DNA of 64,000 bases, taken from positions 78,182,001 to 78,246,000 of the forward strand of contig OX597830.1 of assembly GCA_951406725.2 (NCBI GenBank), given 5' to 3'. Each line of letters begins with the position of its first letter. Position 1 is the stretch's first letter. A model generated the notes under the pieces. That model saw only the letters and a program-made list of their open reading frames with translations, was not told the DNA's origin and ran no database searches. Source of the stretch: Octopus vulgaris (taxonomy: Eukaryota). This document shows positions 1 to 14,298 of this stretch, one piece after another. A program made the translations under genes and the position numbers.

Positions 1-170
1 GTTCCGTCTCTCTGTTCCTCATTCTCTCTTTCTCTCTTTCTCTCTCTGTCCCCCTTTTTATCTATCCCGACATGCACATGCACATACGTACAATATATAT
101 ATATATGTGTTTGTGTGTGTATGTATGTGTGTGTGTGTGTATACATGTGTGTATTCACAGATAGATAGAC

Positions 171-221
<51 letters not shown>

Positions 222-423
222 CAGACAGATAGACATATACAGCCATAAACAAACGCAACAATAGATTTTTACACACGCATACATGCGCATATACAATATG
301 GAAGTCCCACGCTTAATAAATATATTTTAACACCATTTTTATAACGAGAACTCATTCTTATGTTCTTATCCAAGTTGTCACTGAAGTCCTTACTTTCAAA
401 ACTTTAAACACACATACACACAC

Positions 424-500
<77 letters not shown>

Positions 501-806
501 GCTATATGCTTATGCGTGTCTGTAAATGTCGGAACACGTACGCTACGTGTAAATTCCTTCAATTTATGTAAATTTTATTCACTCAACAAAGTAAATTTTT
601 TCGCCTTTCTTTTAGTAATTTTCGTATTATTCGTTATATATTTTATATTTTTTTTAGCATTTGCATTTTTTAATGCTTTTTAAAGGTCTTCCTGCTTATA
701 TTGAACTTGCGTTATATGCATATGTTATGCATGTAAACATGCATTTGTATGTATATAGACATATATCTTTGTGTGTATATATATGTACATATCTGCATTG
801 ATATAC

Positions 807-873
<67 letters not shown>

Positions 874-890
874 CATATATATATATATAC

Positions 891-943
<53 letters not shown>

Positions 944-1085
944 CATACATATATATACACACAGATATATATTTATGTGTTAACGTATATGTTTAGACCC
1001 ATAAATATATCTTCATGCATCATACATACGTGTCTGTGTGTGTGTGTCATATGTCATGTCATATATTGCCAATATATCCAATCTA

Positions 1086-1131
<46 letters not shown>

Positions 1132-1702
1132 TACACTTACACACATGTATATATAGGTAGAAATATAGATATATACATACCATCACACATTACATTACGT
1201 TACATTACAATGCTTATAGGCAAAAACTTACAAACAATAAACATATTTTCACCACCCGTGCTCATGTTGCACACTCATATTCCCTACCCGCACTATCACC
1301 ACCACCACCACTGCCGCTATTTCCAACATTTTCACCGCCACCCATCACCAACACCACGACCGACAGCACTACCACCAACCTACTCAATCTCAGCAACAAT
1401 CCTCACAACCAAACATCACCCAACACCGACATCAACACGCCTACACCAACCCGTAATGCTTACCACCCTGGAAGACGTCAAGCCCATCCCTTCACCCTGG
1501 TCCTTACGTCAATATTTCTTATATAATATACAGGTAGATGAAATTGCATGTTGTGTTGTCTCCATAATACAACAATATCTGCCAAATATATTTCCAATTT
1601 TGCTTGTAAAATTAAGTGATGAGAACGAAAAACGTTTTATTTTTTATTACGCTTTACTATTTAGAGCGAGCAAGAGAGGAAAAAAACACCCATACATACA
1701 TA

Positions 1703-1788
<86 letters not shown>

Positions 1789-1794
1789 CATGTA

Positions 1795-1831
<37 letters not shown>

Positions 1832-2206
1832 GTTGAGAATGAAGAAAGATTTAGTTTAATGGTTTTTCATCTTACAGAGTAGTATTTTTTGTGCTATTCT
1901 TGGTGTTGGTGTCAGCGGTGGTGGTGTTGGTGGTGGTGGTGGTGGTGGTGGTGGTGATGGTGGTGATGGTGGTATACTGATTGTTTGCCTAATAACTTGA
2001 TAGCATCTTCTCACATACTTCTTCACTTGCGGCCCAAACTGTCAATTAAATGTATAGACTCCCTTACATATATACAAATATATATATATATATGTATATA
2101 TTATGTATATATTTATATATACCCCTATATTTTTTGTCTAAATACATACATATATGCACACCGCTATATATATGTGTATACATATATATATATTTGATCT
2201 CCCTCT

Positions 2207-2243
<37 letters not shown>

Positions 2244-2694
2244 TGACTGTGTGTGTATGTATGTATGTGTGTATGTATGTATGTATATATGCATGTATAT
2301 GAATGAATGAATGCGTATTGATCTATTTATGATCTATGTATTTTTCTTATGTGCATATAGGCATTTACGTATTTATATTTGAATTTCTACAAATCACAAT
2401 GTGTATGTGATTGGATGTATGCAAGGTATGCTTGTATGTGTATGTATGCGCGTGTATATGTATACCTAACGCATATACACGCGCAGGCATACTCTCACAC
2501 GCTCATACTTCGCCCCTGCGAATACATACACTCACATATACATACATACATACATACATATATATATAATCAAAATAAGCAACAAGGATATCCAGAGGTA
2601 ATGCAGTACGATCGTTTCATGCGACTCCATTTAATTGAACAATGCAAGTATTACATCAGTTTTAAAATGTACACACACACACACATGCATACAT

Positions 2695-2804
<110 letters not shown>

Positions 2805-3230
2805 AGGTGCAATGGTCCATTGTTTAGGGCAGCGGACTCACGGTCGTAGGATCGCAGTTTCGATTTCCAGTGTGCGTTATGAGTTTTTATTGAGTAAAAA
2901 CACCTAAAGCTCCACGAGGCTCCGGCAGTGTCGTGGGTGGGGGGGACCCTGCTGTAGTGTTTTAGCGTTAGGGCTTTAGGATTAGGGTTAGGGTTAAGAA
3001 CAGAAACTTTTCTCAAAAATGCTAAGAATAAAAGATAATTTATATGAAACATACTACCAGTATACAATGTTTGAAAGTGTTTTGTTACAAAAAGTTATTT
3101 TCTAAATCTGCCGGTCAAAAGGTAAAGATCCGTAAAGCCTATTTGAAATATATTTTAAATGTTCGTAACATTAATATAAAGAATATATAAAGGAAATAGA
3201 ACTCTAGTTATGAACAGACAGACAGACAGG

Positions 3231-3286
<56 letters not shown>

Positions 3287-3414
3287 AAGGTATGCCTCAA
3301 GTTCCTTCCTAATTAGTACCAAGTTGTTCGACTTGACTCGAAAATGATGTAATACGAAACAAAAATTAAGAAACAATTAATTAGCTTATATCTGTCATCA
3401 TAATTAACTTGTAA

Positions 3415-3770
3415 ATATTGGTTTCGAATTGTGGTTACATGGCCAGGAATTTTTAATGGAATGAAAGTCGATTGCATCCACCATCAGTGTTTAAATGATA
3501 CTTATTTTATCGACCCCAAAAGGGATGAAAAACAAAGTCGAACTCGGCGGAGTTTGAACTCAGAACGTTTGGCCCGGCATGCTAACGATTCCATCACCAC
3601 GCCGTCTTTACTTAACGATAATAACAATAACCTTTCTACTATTGACACAAGGTCTGAAATTTGCGAGAGGTGGCTAGTCGATTTCATTGACCCCAGTATC
3701 CAACTGGTACTGAACTCGGAAGCGTGTGACTGAGAAGCAAGCTTCTTACTACAAGAGTCAAGCCTACGCC
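3415..3770 (-). mobile_element. Diverged SINE B and A fragments
   Basis: ttttatcgacccc..gtcgaactcggcggagtttgaactcagaacg. Confidence 0.7.
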
Positions 3771-3928
3771 TTCCTTAATTTCTTTAAAAAGATAAAAAAT
3801 GTAAATTCAAGAAAGCCGTAACCCCCAACGTCATAAGTTAATGTATACCTGTATATATAAGTATATGTGTGTATGTGCGAGCGCGCAATTCTGACAAAAG
3901 TCGGGATGCGCGGCGTTCAGTTACTCAG

Positions 3929-4391
3929 TAAGTGAAAAATGCATTAAATAAACAAGGATGGCTAAAAAGCGTATACGAAGGACAGATACAGAAGGCTCTA
4001 ATTCTTCATCAGTTATCAACCGAATGTTAATACTCAGTTTCGTGCCTTTAATGATAATTCTGAGAACTTCGCATGTCGGCAGCACCCGCAACATTTGTGG
4101 AGATTTTAGGGCTTCGAGCGAACAAAACGATACATAGTGGACGTAGGAAAGTAAACAAATGTCATTTAAGACGATTGACAAAGATGGAAAAAATATGGCC
4201 TTTCGGCCAAAAAGACGAAAGTGATGGGTAACGCCTGAAGGAAATCCTGAATTGATATAGAAAGACAAATGGCAGGAGAGGAGACAGATATCGACCGGAT
4301 AGCCACGCGTTCGGTGTGAAAAAGGCAGAGAAACGGGGAAAATTGATCACGGATCACGTGAGAACAGTAGACAGAGGATAAGAGAGAGAGA

Positions 4392-4453
<62 letters not shown>

Positions 4454-4879
4454 AAGAGAACGGCAGTGAGAACAGGGAAGAAAGAAGGGAGAAAGTCTAC
4501 AATTACAAGTGAGAAGACGAGGGAGAGAGAAAGAAGAGTAAGTGAGAATGCTAGACATAAAAGTAGAGGTCGAGAGAGAAAAATGAAGGTTAAGAATAGA
4601 GTCGCAAAAATATATATTCCCGTATTTTACTCGTCCACCTATTTATTTCGCTTTTGTCAATCATCTTAAGTTACATTTGTTTACTTTACTACGCCCACTC
4701 TGTACCATTTTGTTCGCACGAGCCTTAATTCTTCGCAAAGTTCTCAGAATTATCATTAAAGGCATGAAACTAATTATTAACATTCGGTTGATAACTGATG
4801 AAGAATTAGGGCCTTGTGTATCTGTCCTACGTATAGTTTTTTTAGCTATCGTTGTTTATTTAATGCATTTTTTCATTTA
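3929..4879. mobile_element. Foldback/MITE-like element with ~250-bp inverted arms
   Basis: 3929-4072 is the reverse complement of 4735-4879, and 4118-4183 of 4651-4716. Centre holds (GA)n. Confidence 0.8.
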
Positions 4880-4897
4880 TACATACATACATTCATT

Positions 4898-4970
<73 letters not shown>

Positions 4971-5304
4971 GTGTGTGTGTGTGTGTGTTTTAATCGACAG
5001 AAAATTACAAAAGAGATTCACCTGCCAAGAGTGTCCAGCATTATGAGTTTTTTGTTGATTAATAAAATTTGATGATGTCTGATACAAATTTTTGTTGGTT
5101 AGTTGTTTGTTATTTGGATGTTTAATTAGTTGGCGGGTTGATCGGTTGGTTGGTTGGTTGGTTGGTTTGTTGGTTGGCTGGTTGGCTGGCTGGTTGGTTG
5201 GTTGGTTGGTTGGTTGGCTGGCTGGTTGGTTGGTTCGTTCGTTCGTTGTTCGTTGACTGGTTGGTTGATATCTCCAGATCTGCATTACGTCGCATAGAGA
5301 TTTG

Positions 5305-5361
<57 letters not shown>

Positions 5362-6811
5362 AACAAGCGATACAGGATGAGTGTATATATTAGGTTTGGG
5401 AAAAGAGAGAGAAGGGAGAGCACCAGTATGGTGCCCCTATTTTGATTCTTATAACTTTCTGAAAAACAAACATATTTTCAATGAAATTTTGCAGAAAAAG
5501 ATTTTCAGTGAGATAGACTGCGATTATGTTGATAAAATTTAGGAAAATAATTTATTATATAAATGCAATACAAAGGTATACGAAGGAAAAGTAAGTTTTC
5601 CTTAAATATATTTTAAGGAACAAAACTTTTCTTTTGAAAATTAGTATCTATTTCATCGTTTTGTATAAATGCCAAGAAATTTCAGAAAGGTTAAATAATC
5701 CCTTCTACTACCGGGCCTGAAATTTTGTCGGAAGGGGCTTGATTGGTACTTATTTCCACACACGCCAGCTTAATTTAATTCGTCCTTAGTCGAAAGACAC
5801 CAGTTGTATTTGTGTAACATTGTCCGTTTTTTCCGTCCTTGTTTTCGTATACATTCGCTGCTTTCTTCCAAGGAACCTAATGCTCTTAGCTTAGTTTTTC
5901 CTTGGGGCTGACCAGATTGGAGCAATCTCAAGTATAATCAGCCGAAATTGCGAAGATAATCTGAGGAAAGAAAACTTCGAATGGCACATCCTTGTTTTCT
6001 TTGTATCGTCTATCTGGATGTTTTGTTGTCCCATTTTTGTATCACCGAAGGATCCTACGGATGAGGAAGGGGAGGCGAATCTCCCGGTCACAGAGGAAAC
6101 GCACCCTCCCTCAGCTGAAAAGAAAAAGAAGAAGAAGAGGAAGAGAAACGTAACATTGCCGGTAGTCGTTGACAATATCCCGGAACTACGTCGGTTGGGG
6201 TTGTGCCACCGGCAGGAGAAGATACAGCGTTGGCGGGAACTGTGTCGCCAACGGTAGAATTGGATATCTCGCTCCCGGAGGAAGATGAATTATTGGTCTT
6301 CTAATGAGGCGGAGAGGTTGAAAAAGTGGTGGAAAAGCACCATAAGGGAGCACCTTTAGCCTGCACACAGGACCCCGAATGGCCTCTGCAGATAGCTACG
6401 GAGCTCATAACGTTGGACGTGACACTTAGGCTGAGGGTCTCAGTGAGAAATATCACTTGTACCCGGGTGACGCCGACACGGAACCCGCTTTGATCTTGAA
6501 TGAAGCGTGGGCGATGGCGGAGAATGCGGGCACGAGCGATGTTGAGGAGGAATATGGATAAGAGGTTGAAAAGCCTCAGTGTTATTGAAAGTTCCTTTTG
6601 TTATTAAATATTGTGAACAGTGTAGAGGTTTGTTGCCTCATGAACAATATACAAGAGATCAATATACTCGGGAAAAAATCGATCGGCGGGCGTCGTTTTT
6701 TGCCCCATTAATCATCATTTTCATTTTCATTTCATATAACATCATGTCTATGTCCAGCCCGTAGCTTCCTTTCTCTGTGTAAGGCCTTATGTCCAATATA
6801 ATGAAATAAAG

Positions 6812-7179
6812 AAGCTTGCTTCCCAACCACATGGTTCCGGATTCAGTCCCACTGCGAGGTACCTTCCCACTGCGAGGTACTATAATCTCGAGTCGACCAA
6901 AGCCTTGTGAATGGATTTGGTTGACAGAAAGAAGACTGTCGCATATAAAGATATTTGTGTTTGTATTTGTGTCTGTGTTTGCCCACCCCCGCGTCTTGAC
7001 AACCGGTATTTGTGTTTTTATATCTCCGTAACTTAGCGGTTCAGTAAAAGACACCGATAGAATATTACCAGGCTTTAAATATCATAAGTCCTGGATCGAT
7101 TTGTTCGACTAAGTAACTCTCGAAGGCGGTGCCCCAGCATGGCCACAGTCAAATGACTGAAGCAAGTAAAAGATAAAAG
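6812..7179 (+). mobile_element. tRNA-derived SINE family A
   Basis: ccaaccacatggttccgg..cagtcccactgcg head, gagtggatttgg body and atgactgaa..aagtaaaaga tail. Internal tandem duplication of tcccactgcgaggtac. Confidence 0.85.
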
Positions 7180-7273
7180 CTATATATGCTCACATATATA
7201 TTCTCACACACGCACAGACATATACATATGTATATATACACATTTACACACACACATATATACATGCATATAC

Positions 7274-7361
<88 letters not shown>

Positions 7362-8110
7362 TGATACAAAAAAAAAAAAAAAAAAAAAAAGATGCATACG
7401 TACCTACACATATACATGCGTATGTACGTACGTAGATATATACATATATACATACATACATTCATACACAGAGAGAATGTGAAAGAAGTGAGAGATAGAA
7501 CCAAATGCGAACTGAATCGCAGATATAAGTTAAGGAAGCTGGATGGAAAATTGCTTATTCTTTCGCTTCACTGAAATGATGGACACCTCTCATTCGCAAA
7601 ATCTATTCTATATTCTAGAAGAGGAAAATAACACACCCTGAAACAAAACATAACTATGTTCTCCCTATTGCGTGGGATAGGGGTCTTTGTTTCTGTCTAA
7701 TCTTGCGTCCCTACGGGGGTTCATAGTTGTAACGTATGAAAAAAAATTAAGAAGGGTTTTGACAGATGTTTGTATTTATTTTAGATGTGGGCCAACCGAA
7801 TCGAAAACCCTAGATTTTTGCTTTTATTTTCATGCGTATACCTTTTACGTATTTCAGTTATTGGATTGCGGCCATGCTGGAACGCCAACATCAGTGATTG
7901 TTGTGGTATCCCCAGACAAACATCAGACTATTCCTACATCGTATGTTCATTATGGCATAACTGTTTATTTCTTGGGATTACTTTCCTCTTCTTATTTAAT
8001 GCCAGTCGTAAATTGTCACAAATGGTTCCTTTACTTTCTCAAGAAAGGAGGAAAGTATCAAGAAATCAGGATCTAACGCAATTTGATATCATCACATTCT
8101 CTCTCTTCAT

Positions 8111-8319
8111 TCTTTTACTTGTTACAGTCATTTGACTGGGGCCATGCTGCAGCACCACCTTGAAGGAAAATTTTAGTCGAACAAATCGATCCTAGGATCT
8201 AATTTTTAGCCTACTGCTTACTCTAACGGTTCTTTTCCCAACCGCTAAGTCACGGGCACATAATCACACCAACTCCGGTTGTCAAGCGATGGTGGTGGGG
8301 AGACAAACAAGACACAAAG

Positions 8320-8325
<6 letters not shown>
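8111..8325 (-). mobile_element. SINE family A, 3' half
   Basis: Reverse complement of the family A tail (cttttacttgtt.cagtcatttgactg). Confidence 0.8.
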
Positions 8326-8354
<29 letters not shown>

Positions 8355-8452
8355 ACGGGAAGCTTTATGAAAATAAACAAAAGACGAAGGCAGGTGGAAA
8401 ACAAACGAACAATTGTATTAGTATGGCGCTCAGGAAATATAAATAAAACAAG

Positions 8453-8490
8453 TCTTTAACGTTTCGAGCCTACGCTCTTCAACAGAAAGA
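8453..8490 (-). ncRNA. Hammerhead-like motif with CUGUUGA core variant (inverted copy)
   Basis: Exact reverse complement of 8768-8805. Confidence 0.6.
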
Positions 8491-8512
8491 TACACAGAGA
8501 GATATATATATG

Positions 8513-8577
<65 letters not shown>

Positions 8578-8767
8578 AATCCAAACGGGAAACAAAAAAA
8601 CAACAACAAGGGAACAATTACAGTATTATTATTAATAGGCGCTCAGGAAATGGAAGCAGGGATATATATATATATATATATAGGAAATCAGATCGCCATG
8701 TTGATTCGTTAGCTACTGCACGCATTTTTTCTCTCTCCTTCTTTCTGTGTTTTTCTCTCTCTGTGTA

Positions 8768-8805
8768 TCTTTCTGTTGAAGAGCGTAGGCTCGAAACGTT
8801 AAAGA
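8768..8805 (+). ncRNA. Hammerhead-like motif with CUGUUGA core variant
   Basis: tcttt CTGTTGA a gagc gtag gctc GAA ACGT T aaaga. Stems I and II are perfect, stem III is palindromic ACGT, core position 6 is U instead of A. Confidence 0.6.
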
Positions 8806-8902
8806 CTTGTTTTATTTATATTTCATGAGCGCCATACTAATACAATTGTTCGTTTGTTTTCCAACTGCCTTCGTCTTTTGTTTATTTTCATAAAGCTTCC
8901 CG

Positions 8903-8966
<64 letters not shown>

Positions 8967-9099
8967 CTGAAGAATATACTAGAGTAGATGCAAGCGCTAA
9001 TATATGATTTATAAAAACGTAACATATTAATAAAATTTTGTAAATGTACAACCATCCAGATTTCTTAGTACCTTATTTTTTCTAATATATATACACACA

Positions 9100-9551
9100 C
9101 ACACAAATATTCTATAATTATAAACATAATTCTAATCAGCAGTCAGCTAATTACTTCGCCACGCACCGAATTTAGAAATAGAAGCTAAATGCTTTTTCTA
9201 CTACCAAAAGGATCTCCCAGACAGTAACACACTTTTTATACGTAGGCAAAAAGAAAAAATAACGAATCCACACGACTCAGATTAGCTACATACGCGTTTC
9301 GAGATTAGAGTAAAGTTATATTTACTTACTTATTTCTCATCTTCAGTGCAGCGTTTCAAAATATAAATTTGAGAGTGCAAGGATTAAATATGTACGCCAT
9401 CAAGCGCCATCGCATAACTGATATTCAACCAACATAATTATAGAATATTTGTATAATTTTACCTAAAAAGGTTATTTTAACGTAGCGAACTCCTTGGTAA
9501 AAATTTTAATTATTAATTAATTAATTAATCAATTAATTTTACCCTTTTATG

Positions 9552-9552
<1 letters not shown>
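9100..9552. mobile_element. PLE pLTR-like repeat with internal inversion
   Basis: gaaatagaagc motif and hammerhead at 9285-9352. 9434-9550 is an inverted copy of the family end seen at 56220-56325. acaaatattctataattat at ~9103 is inverted at ~9434. Confidence 0.65.
9285..9352 (-). ncRNA. Type I hammerhead ribozyme motif (minimal palindromic stem III)
   Basis: Minus strand: gctgca CTGAAGA t GAGA...TCTC GAAA CGCG TA tgtagc. Stem I is 6 bp, stem II GAGA/TCTC extended by agtaaa/tttact, stem III ACGCGT, triplet GUA. Confidence 0.85.
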
Positions 9553-9580
<28 letters not shown>

Positions 9581-9582
<2 letters not shown>

Positions 9583-9746
9583 CGATGGGCTTCTTTCAAT
9601 TTCCGTCCATCAAATCCACTCACAGGGCTTTGGTCGGCCCAAGGCTATAGTAAAAGACACTTACCCAAGATGCCACGCAGTAGGACTGAACCCTGATCCA
9701 CGTGTTAGGGAAGTAAGCTTCTTACACCACAGCCACTCTTGCGCCT
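9581..9746 (-). mobile_element. SINE family A, 5' half
   Basis: Reverse complement of the head (aaatccactcaca, ccacagccactcttgcgcct). Confidence 0.8.
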
Positions 9747-10551
9747 TTACTTTAGAACTTCATACCAGTGAGTTATTTCGCCTTGCGCATTATTATTTAA
9801 CATAGGCTGTGTAGCATATACTATAAATCGCTTAGAAGTTTTTATATTTAAGATACAGCTGCTGTGCTGATGATGCATAGTAAGGCAGAAACACGCGGAG
9901 TTCTTGCACTTGCAGACATAGTGAGAACCAAAGATGTTTTAACGCATTGAGCTAAACGTCCATGTTGTTTTAAGTCATTTAGTTAGCCCTAAGTAATATA
10001 AAGCCTCCTTTTCATAAGTCGCAAGTTACTCTGGTAACTCAAAAATAAGGTGGGGTATGTGTATCATGCATGATGCGTGGACGCCAAGAAAATATGTCTT
10101 GCGAATCACTTGCGATGCAAAGAACAGGCAAAACGTTAACTATCATTACAAACATTTAAAGAAGATAATTTCAAATAAGTAATCGAACACAATTTCAGTA
10201 AATATAGGATGAACAAGAAACACATTATTCAGTACAGTCAAGGAATAGCGACTTAATAAAGCATAACGGAAGCCACACAACGGAAATTTCAAACTGAAGA
10301 TTTGAAGTTATTTAAGAAAGGTAAAATAGCGCAGACATAAAAAATATAATATGGCAGTTATGTATCTGTTACACGAAGTCCAATCAATGATTGTCAGGGT
10401 GGAATGCCGGATGTGGGATGTACAATTCTGGTAATGTAAGATAAGAAATGAAAAAAAATCTAAACATATACATGCACAATATATAAGTACATACATACAT
10501 ACGTACATACATACATACATACATACATACATACATACATACATACATACA

Positions 10552-10612
<61 letters not shown>

Positions 10613-10647
10613 GTATGTATATACATAGATTTATATATTTGTATGCA

Positions 10648-10685
<38 letters not shown>

Positions 10686-10972
10686 TATATACATGTATAT
10701 ATCTCTGTGTGTGTATGTGTATACACACGCATATATTTATATACTCGGATAGAGGTATGTATATGTCTCTTCTCTTTGTAAATATATATGCCGCCTTATA
10801 CATCGGTATATAAACACACATTTATAGAGACAGAGGGAGGGAGAGAGAGATCACGTATATATGTGTGTGCGCGCGTGTGTGGCAACTTATACTCATATAA
10901 TACTATAAATGTGTATATATGTGTGTGTATATATATATACATTCACACACACATACACATACAAACACACAC

Positions 10973-11018
<46 letters not shown>

Positions 11019-11039
11019 GTATCTATGTACGTATATATG

Positions 11040-11080
<41 letters not shown>

Positions 11081-11307
11081 AATATATGTATATATCATAT
11101 AACTTACAGGTATATACATATACCTGTGCGTGTGTAAATGAATATACTCACACTCACACACCTACACGTGCACAGGTATGTCTATATGGAAAGAGCATAC
11201 ATACGTTTGGCGAGCAATTACTGTATCTAAAATGGGATTTTAAAGAGAATACGTCAGACTAATCTCTAAGCACCTATATATTTACATACGTATATGAATG
11301 TCTATGC

Positions 11308-11340
<33 letters not shown>

Positions 11341-12034
11341 TAGCTATATTTACGTAAATACAGATGTGAACAGTATATGTTAATGTAGAACTAAAAGGAA
11401 TACTTGAGCGGCAAAAAAGCATTAACTGTTATTTATTACATGTTGCAAATTAGGGAACAAGAGTAAAACTTGTGAAGCGCATCACAATGGGATTGAAATT
11501 AACTGTGAAGAAACACAAAGCGTTTATGAAAAATTGTGTTCGGTGGCCCAATCCGTTGTAGTACTTTGTATTAGTGGGGAAACCGCTCTCTATAGCTTGT
11601 GAAAATGGAGATTTATGCTTATTAGATTTTGAAGACGATTCAGTGAATATTTTGTTACCAAAATGTACAGAAGAGATGAGATGTACTTTTAGAAAGGATA
11701 TGTTTTTAGGAGTCAAACGTGTGAGAGTTGGTGTAGATGTGTTTATGTATGCATGTAAGTAGGGGTGTTGGAAGAAACTCTTGAGCTAAGTTTCATGAAT
11801 GGTTAGTTAGCTTGGAAAGTAAGGGAGGTGTTTAATTAAATTTTACGATTTAATTAATTGAATTGCAGCTGTTATGGTAATTATATGCATGTGTATATAC
11901 TCGTATGCCTATAGGTATATATACACAGATATGGTTATACACACACGCATACACACACATATATATATATACACACACACATACATATACTTACTTGGAA
12001 ATGGATGCGCGGCGTTCAATCAAATAATAATATA

Positions 12035-12070
<36 letters not shown>

Positions 12071-13744
12071 GTATACACACATATATATATACATATATAC
12101 ATACACACATAAACACACACACACATACATATATGTATATATACATACATACATGTACTTACTTGGAAATGGATGCGTGGCGCTCAATCAAATAATGATA
12201 TAAATATATATATATGTTTACACACACATGTATATATATATATGCATATATGGGGACAGTACGTCACAAACAGTAAACAACATGAAATACGAAAACAAAC
12301 GAGTTGAATACACAAACAACGAGAGAAACAAATAACATAAAGATAGACCCTTCATTAGTTGCCGGCTGCCTATCTACTCTTTATTTCGAGCATTGAGCGA
12401 CAATATGAGTCTTCGAAGGCGGCTGCTTCTTCAAAAGCCAAAATAAAATTTGTGATTTATTGAAGGTCAAAGTTGGGAACAAAATCAGGTCAGTGGAGAC
12501 ATACAATGAAAACCGAAAGAAAGCAAACATGAATGGTCGTTAGACCAGACGAAGGTAAAATAGCGAACACTGGAGAAATATTTTCTTTGACATAGAAGAG
12601 AGAGAGAGAGATAGAATACATCCAACCTCTAGGACAGCCCTGAAAGAAAAGAAAAATGATCACGTGAAGAAAAGAAAGGTGGACGATGGTTATGTGAAGA
12701 AAAGAAATGTGGACGATGGTCACGTGTGAGCAACGAGAGAGAATAAAGGAGAAAGAGGGGATAGAGAGATAGAAAACGGTGAAGTGGAGAAAAAAGGAAT
12801 TAGGGAAAGGATGAGAGAGAAAACGATAGGGGGACAGAACAGATTATTTATTTATAGTGACCAATTCCCTCTATCAAATCGACATTACCTGCACAGGTGC
12901 ATAAGTGTGCCACACATCTGATGTCGAAATATCGCAGAGCAATTTGAAATGAAAAGTTTTGCTCAAGAACACAACAAATTGCAGTCTCTCGGAATCGAAC
13001 CCAAGATATTTCGATCGTGAGAGCAGCACCTTAACCACTACATGGTAAATTATTAGTGTCGTAAGAATGTTTCTTTATCTGAGATAATTTACTTTGGAAC
13101 ATGTCAGTAGCTTTTTGTTTTGTTTTATTTTCTGTTAGTCAACGCTGTATCTGATGACAACTGTAAACATTTTGCTTGTACAATATCTGTATGACCAAGA
13201 GAGAGATAAAGACAGAGGCAGACACATTGATACACACAGACAAATAGATAGTCAAACAGGGAGCAGTTGTAAGTACTTTTCGCTTCTGTTTGGTTTAATC
13301 ACCATTGTGTGTAATAAAGTTTGTGCGAAATTCGTTTCATTTCTATAATGTATTATAAAAGATAGCTATGAGATATTTAGCTGATGTTATTCGTTACAAT
13401 GACTGTAATATAATTTTTTTCTTCTCTTTTATAAGAAGCAGCTAAATAATTTTGAATTTGCTTAAGTGCTGCATGGTTAGTCTCAATAAATTGAAGTTTT
13501 TCACACATTATATCGCATAGGTACCACGTTATAATTCTACTAGTATATTCGACAGAAAATTTCTGGCAGAAATCTAGACTAGAATACTTATACTGTGACG
13601 TCACTTACGGATATTTCTTTGTAAGAATAGCTTATTGAACCCAAACTGGCATTATACCAATATCATAATGCGTTTTTATTCATTCTACCAAATTAGTGTA
13701 AACCATTTTTCGAATAATCATGAACTGAAGGTTTTTTTTCTTTT

Positions 13745-13820
<76 letters not shown>

Positions 13821-14056
13821 AATTATTTTACTTTTTTGGCTGGGTTGTCTACAAACATGAACCCCCTTTATTCAATATATGACAGATCATTTAGGCAAAA
13901 CCGAATTCAAGAAAAGAAGAACTTTTAAAAACAAAGATTCTTTTATTTGTACCATTCCGAAAGATGAGAGCAAATTAGAGCTCGCTTTATTGACAAAAAG
14001 CTTTCTGACAGGATGATTAAATTTATTATTTATTTTATTTTGTTGTTGTTATTATG

Positions 14057-14118
<62 letters not shown>

Positions 14119-14138
14119 CATTATTATTATTATTATTA

Positions 14139-14222
<84 letters not shown>

Positions 14223-14246
14223 TCAGCAGCATCAACATCATTGTTA

Positions 14247-14298
<52 letters not shown>

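Larger units (their letters stand above)
8354..8904. mobile_element. Inverted pair of PLE pLTR-like repeats in (TA)n
   Basis: 8354-8501 and 8757-8904 are reverse complements with about 2 mismatches. Each carries a hammerhead-like motif and is bounded by (TA)n. Confidence 0.75.

Noticed and set aside
2965-2996. TTAGGG-like repeats (also near 24718)
   Set aside because: Only a few degenerate units inside interspersed repeats. Not a telomere.
4766-4812. GAAAC...CTGATGA in the foldback arms as a type II hammerhead
   Set aside because: Cleavage triplet is out of register with stem I, and stem II does not pair.
9867-9892. CTGATGA-tgc..gca-GAAAC hammerhead core
   Set aside because: Core and a short stem II are present, but I could not build stem I and stem III with a correctly placed UH site in any topology.
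11450-11762. Overlapping short ORFs in non-repeat sequence
   Set aside because: No recognisable motif or convincing splice sites.
11988-12207. Two ~50-bp direct repeats resembling a CRISPR repeat-spacer
   Set aside because: Eukaryotic DNA, only two copies, and the spacer is microsatellite. Local tandem duplication.
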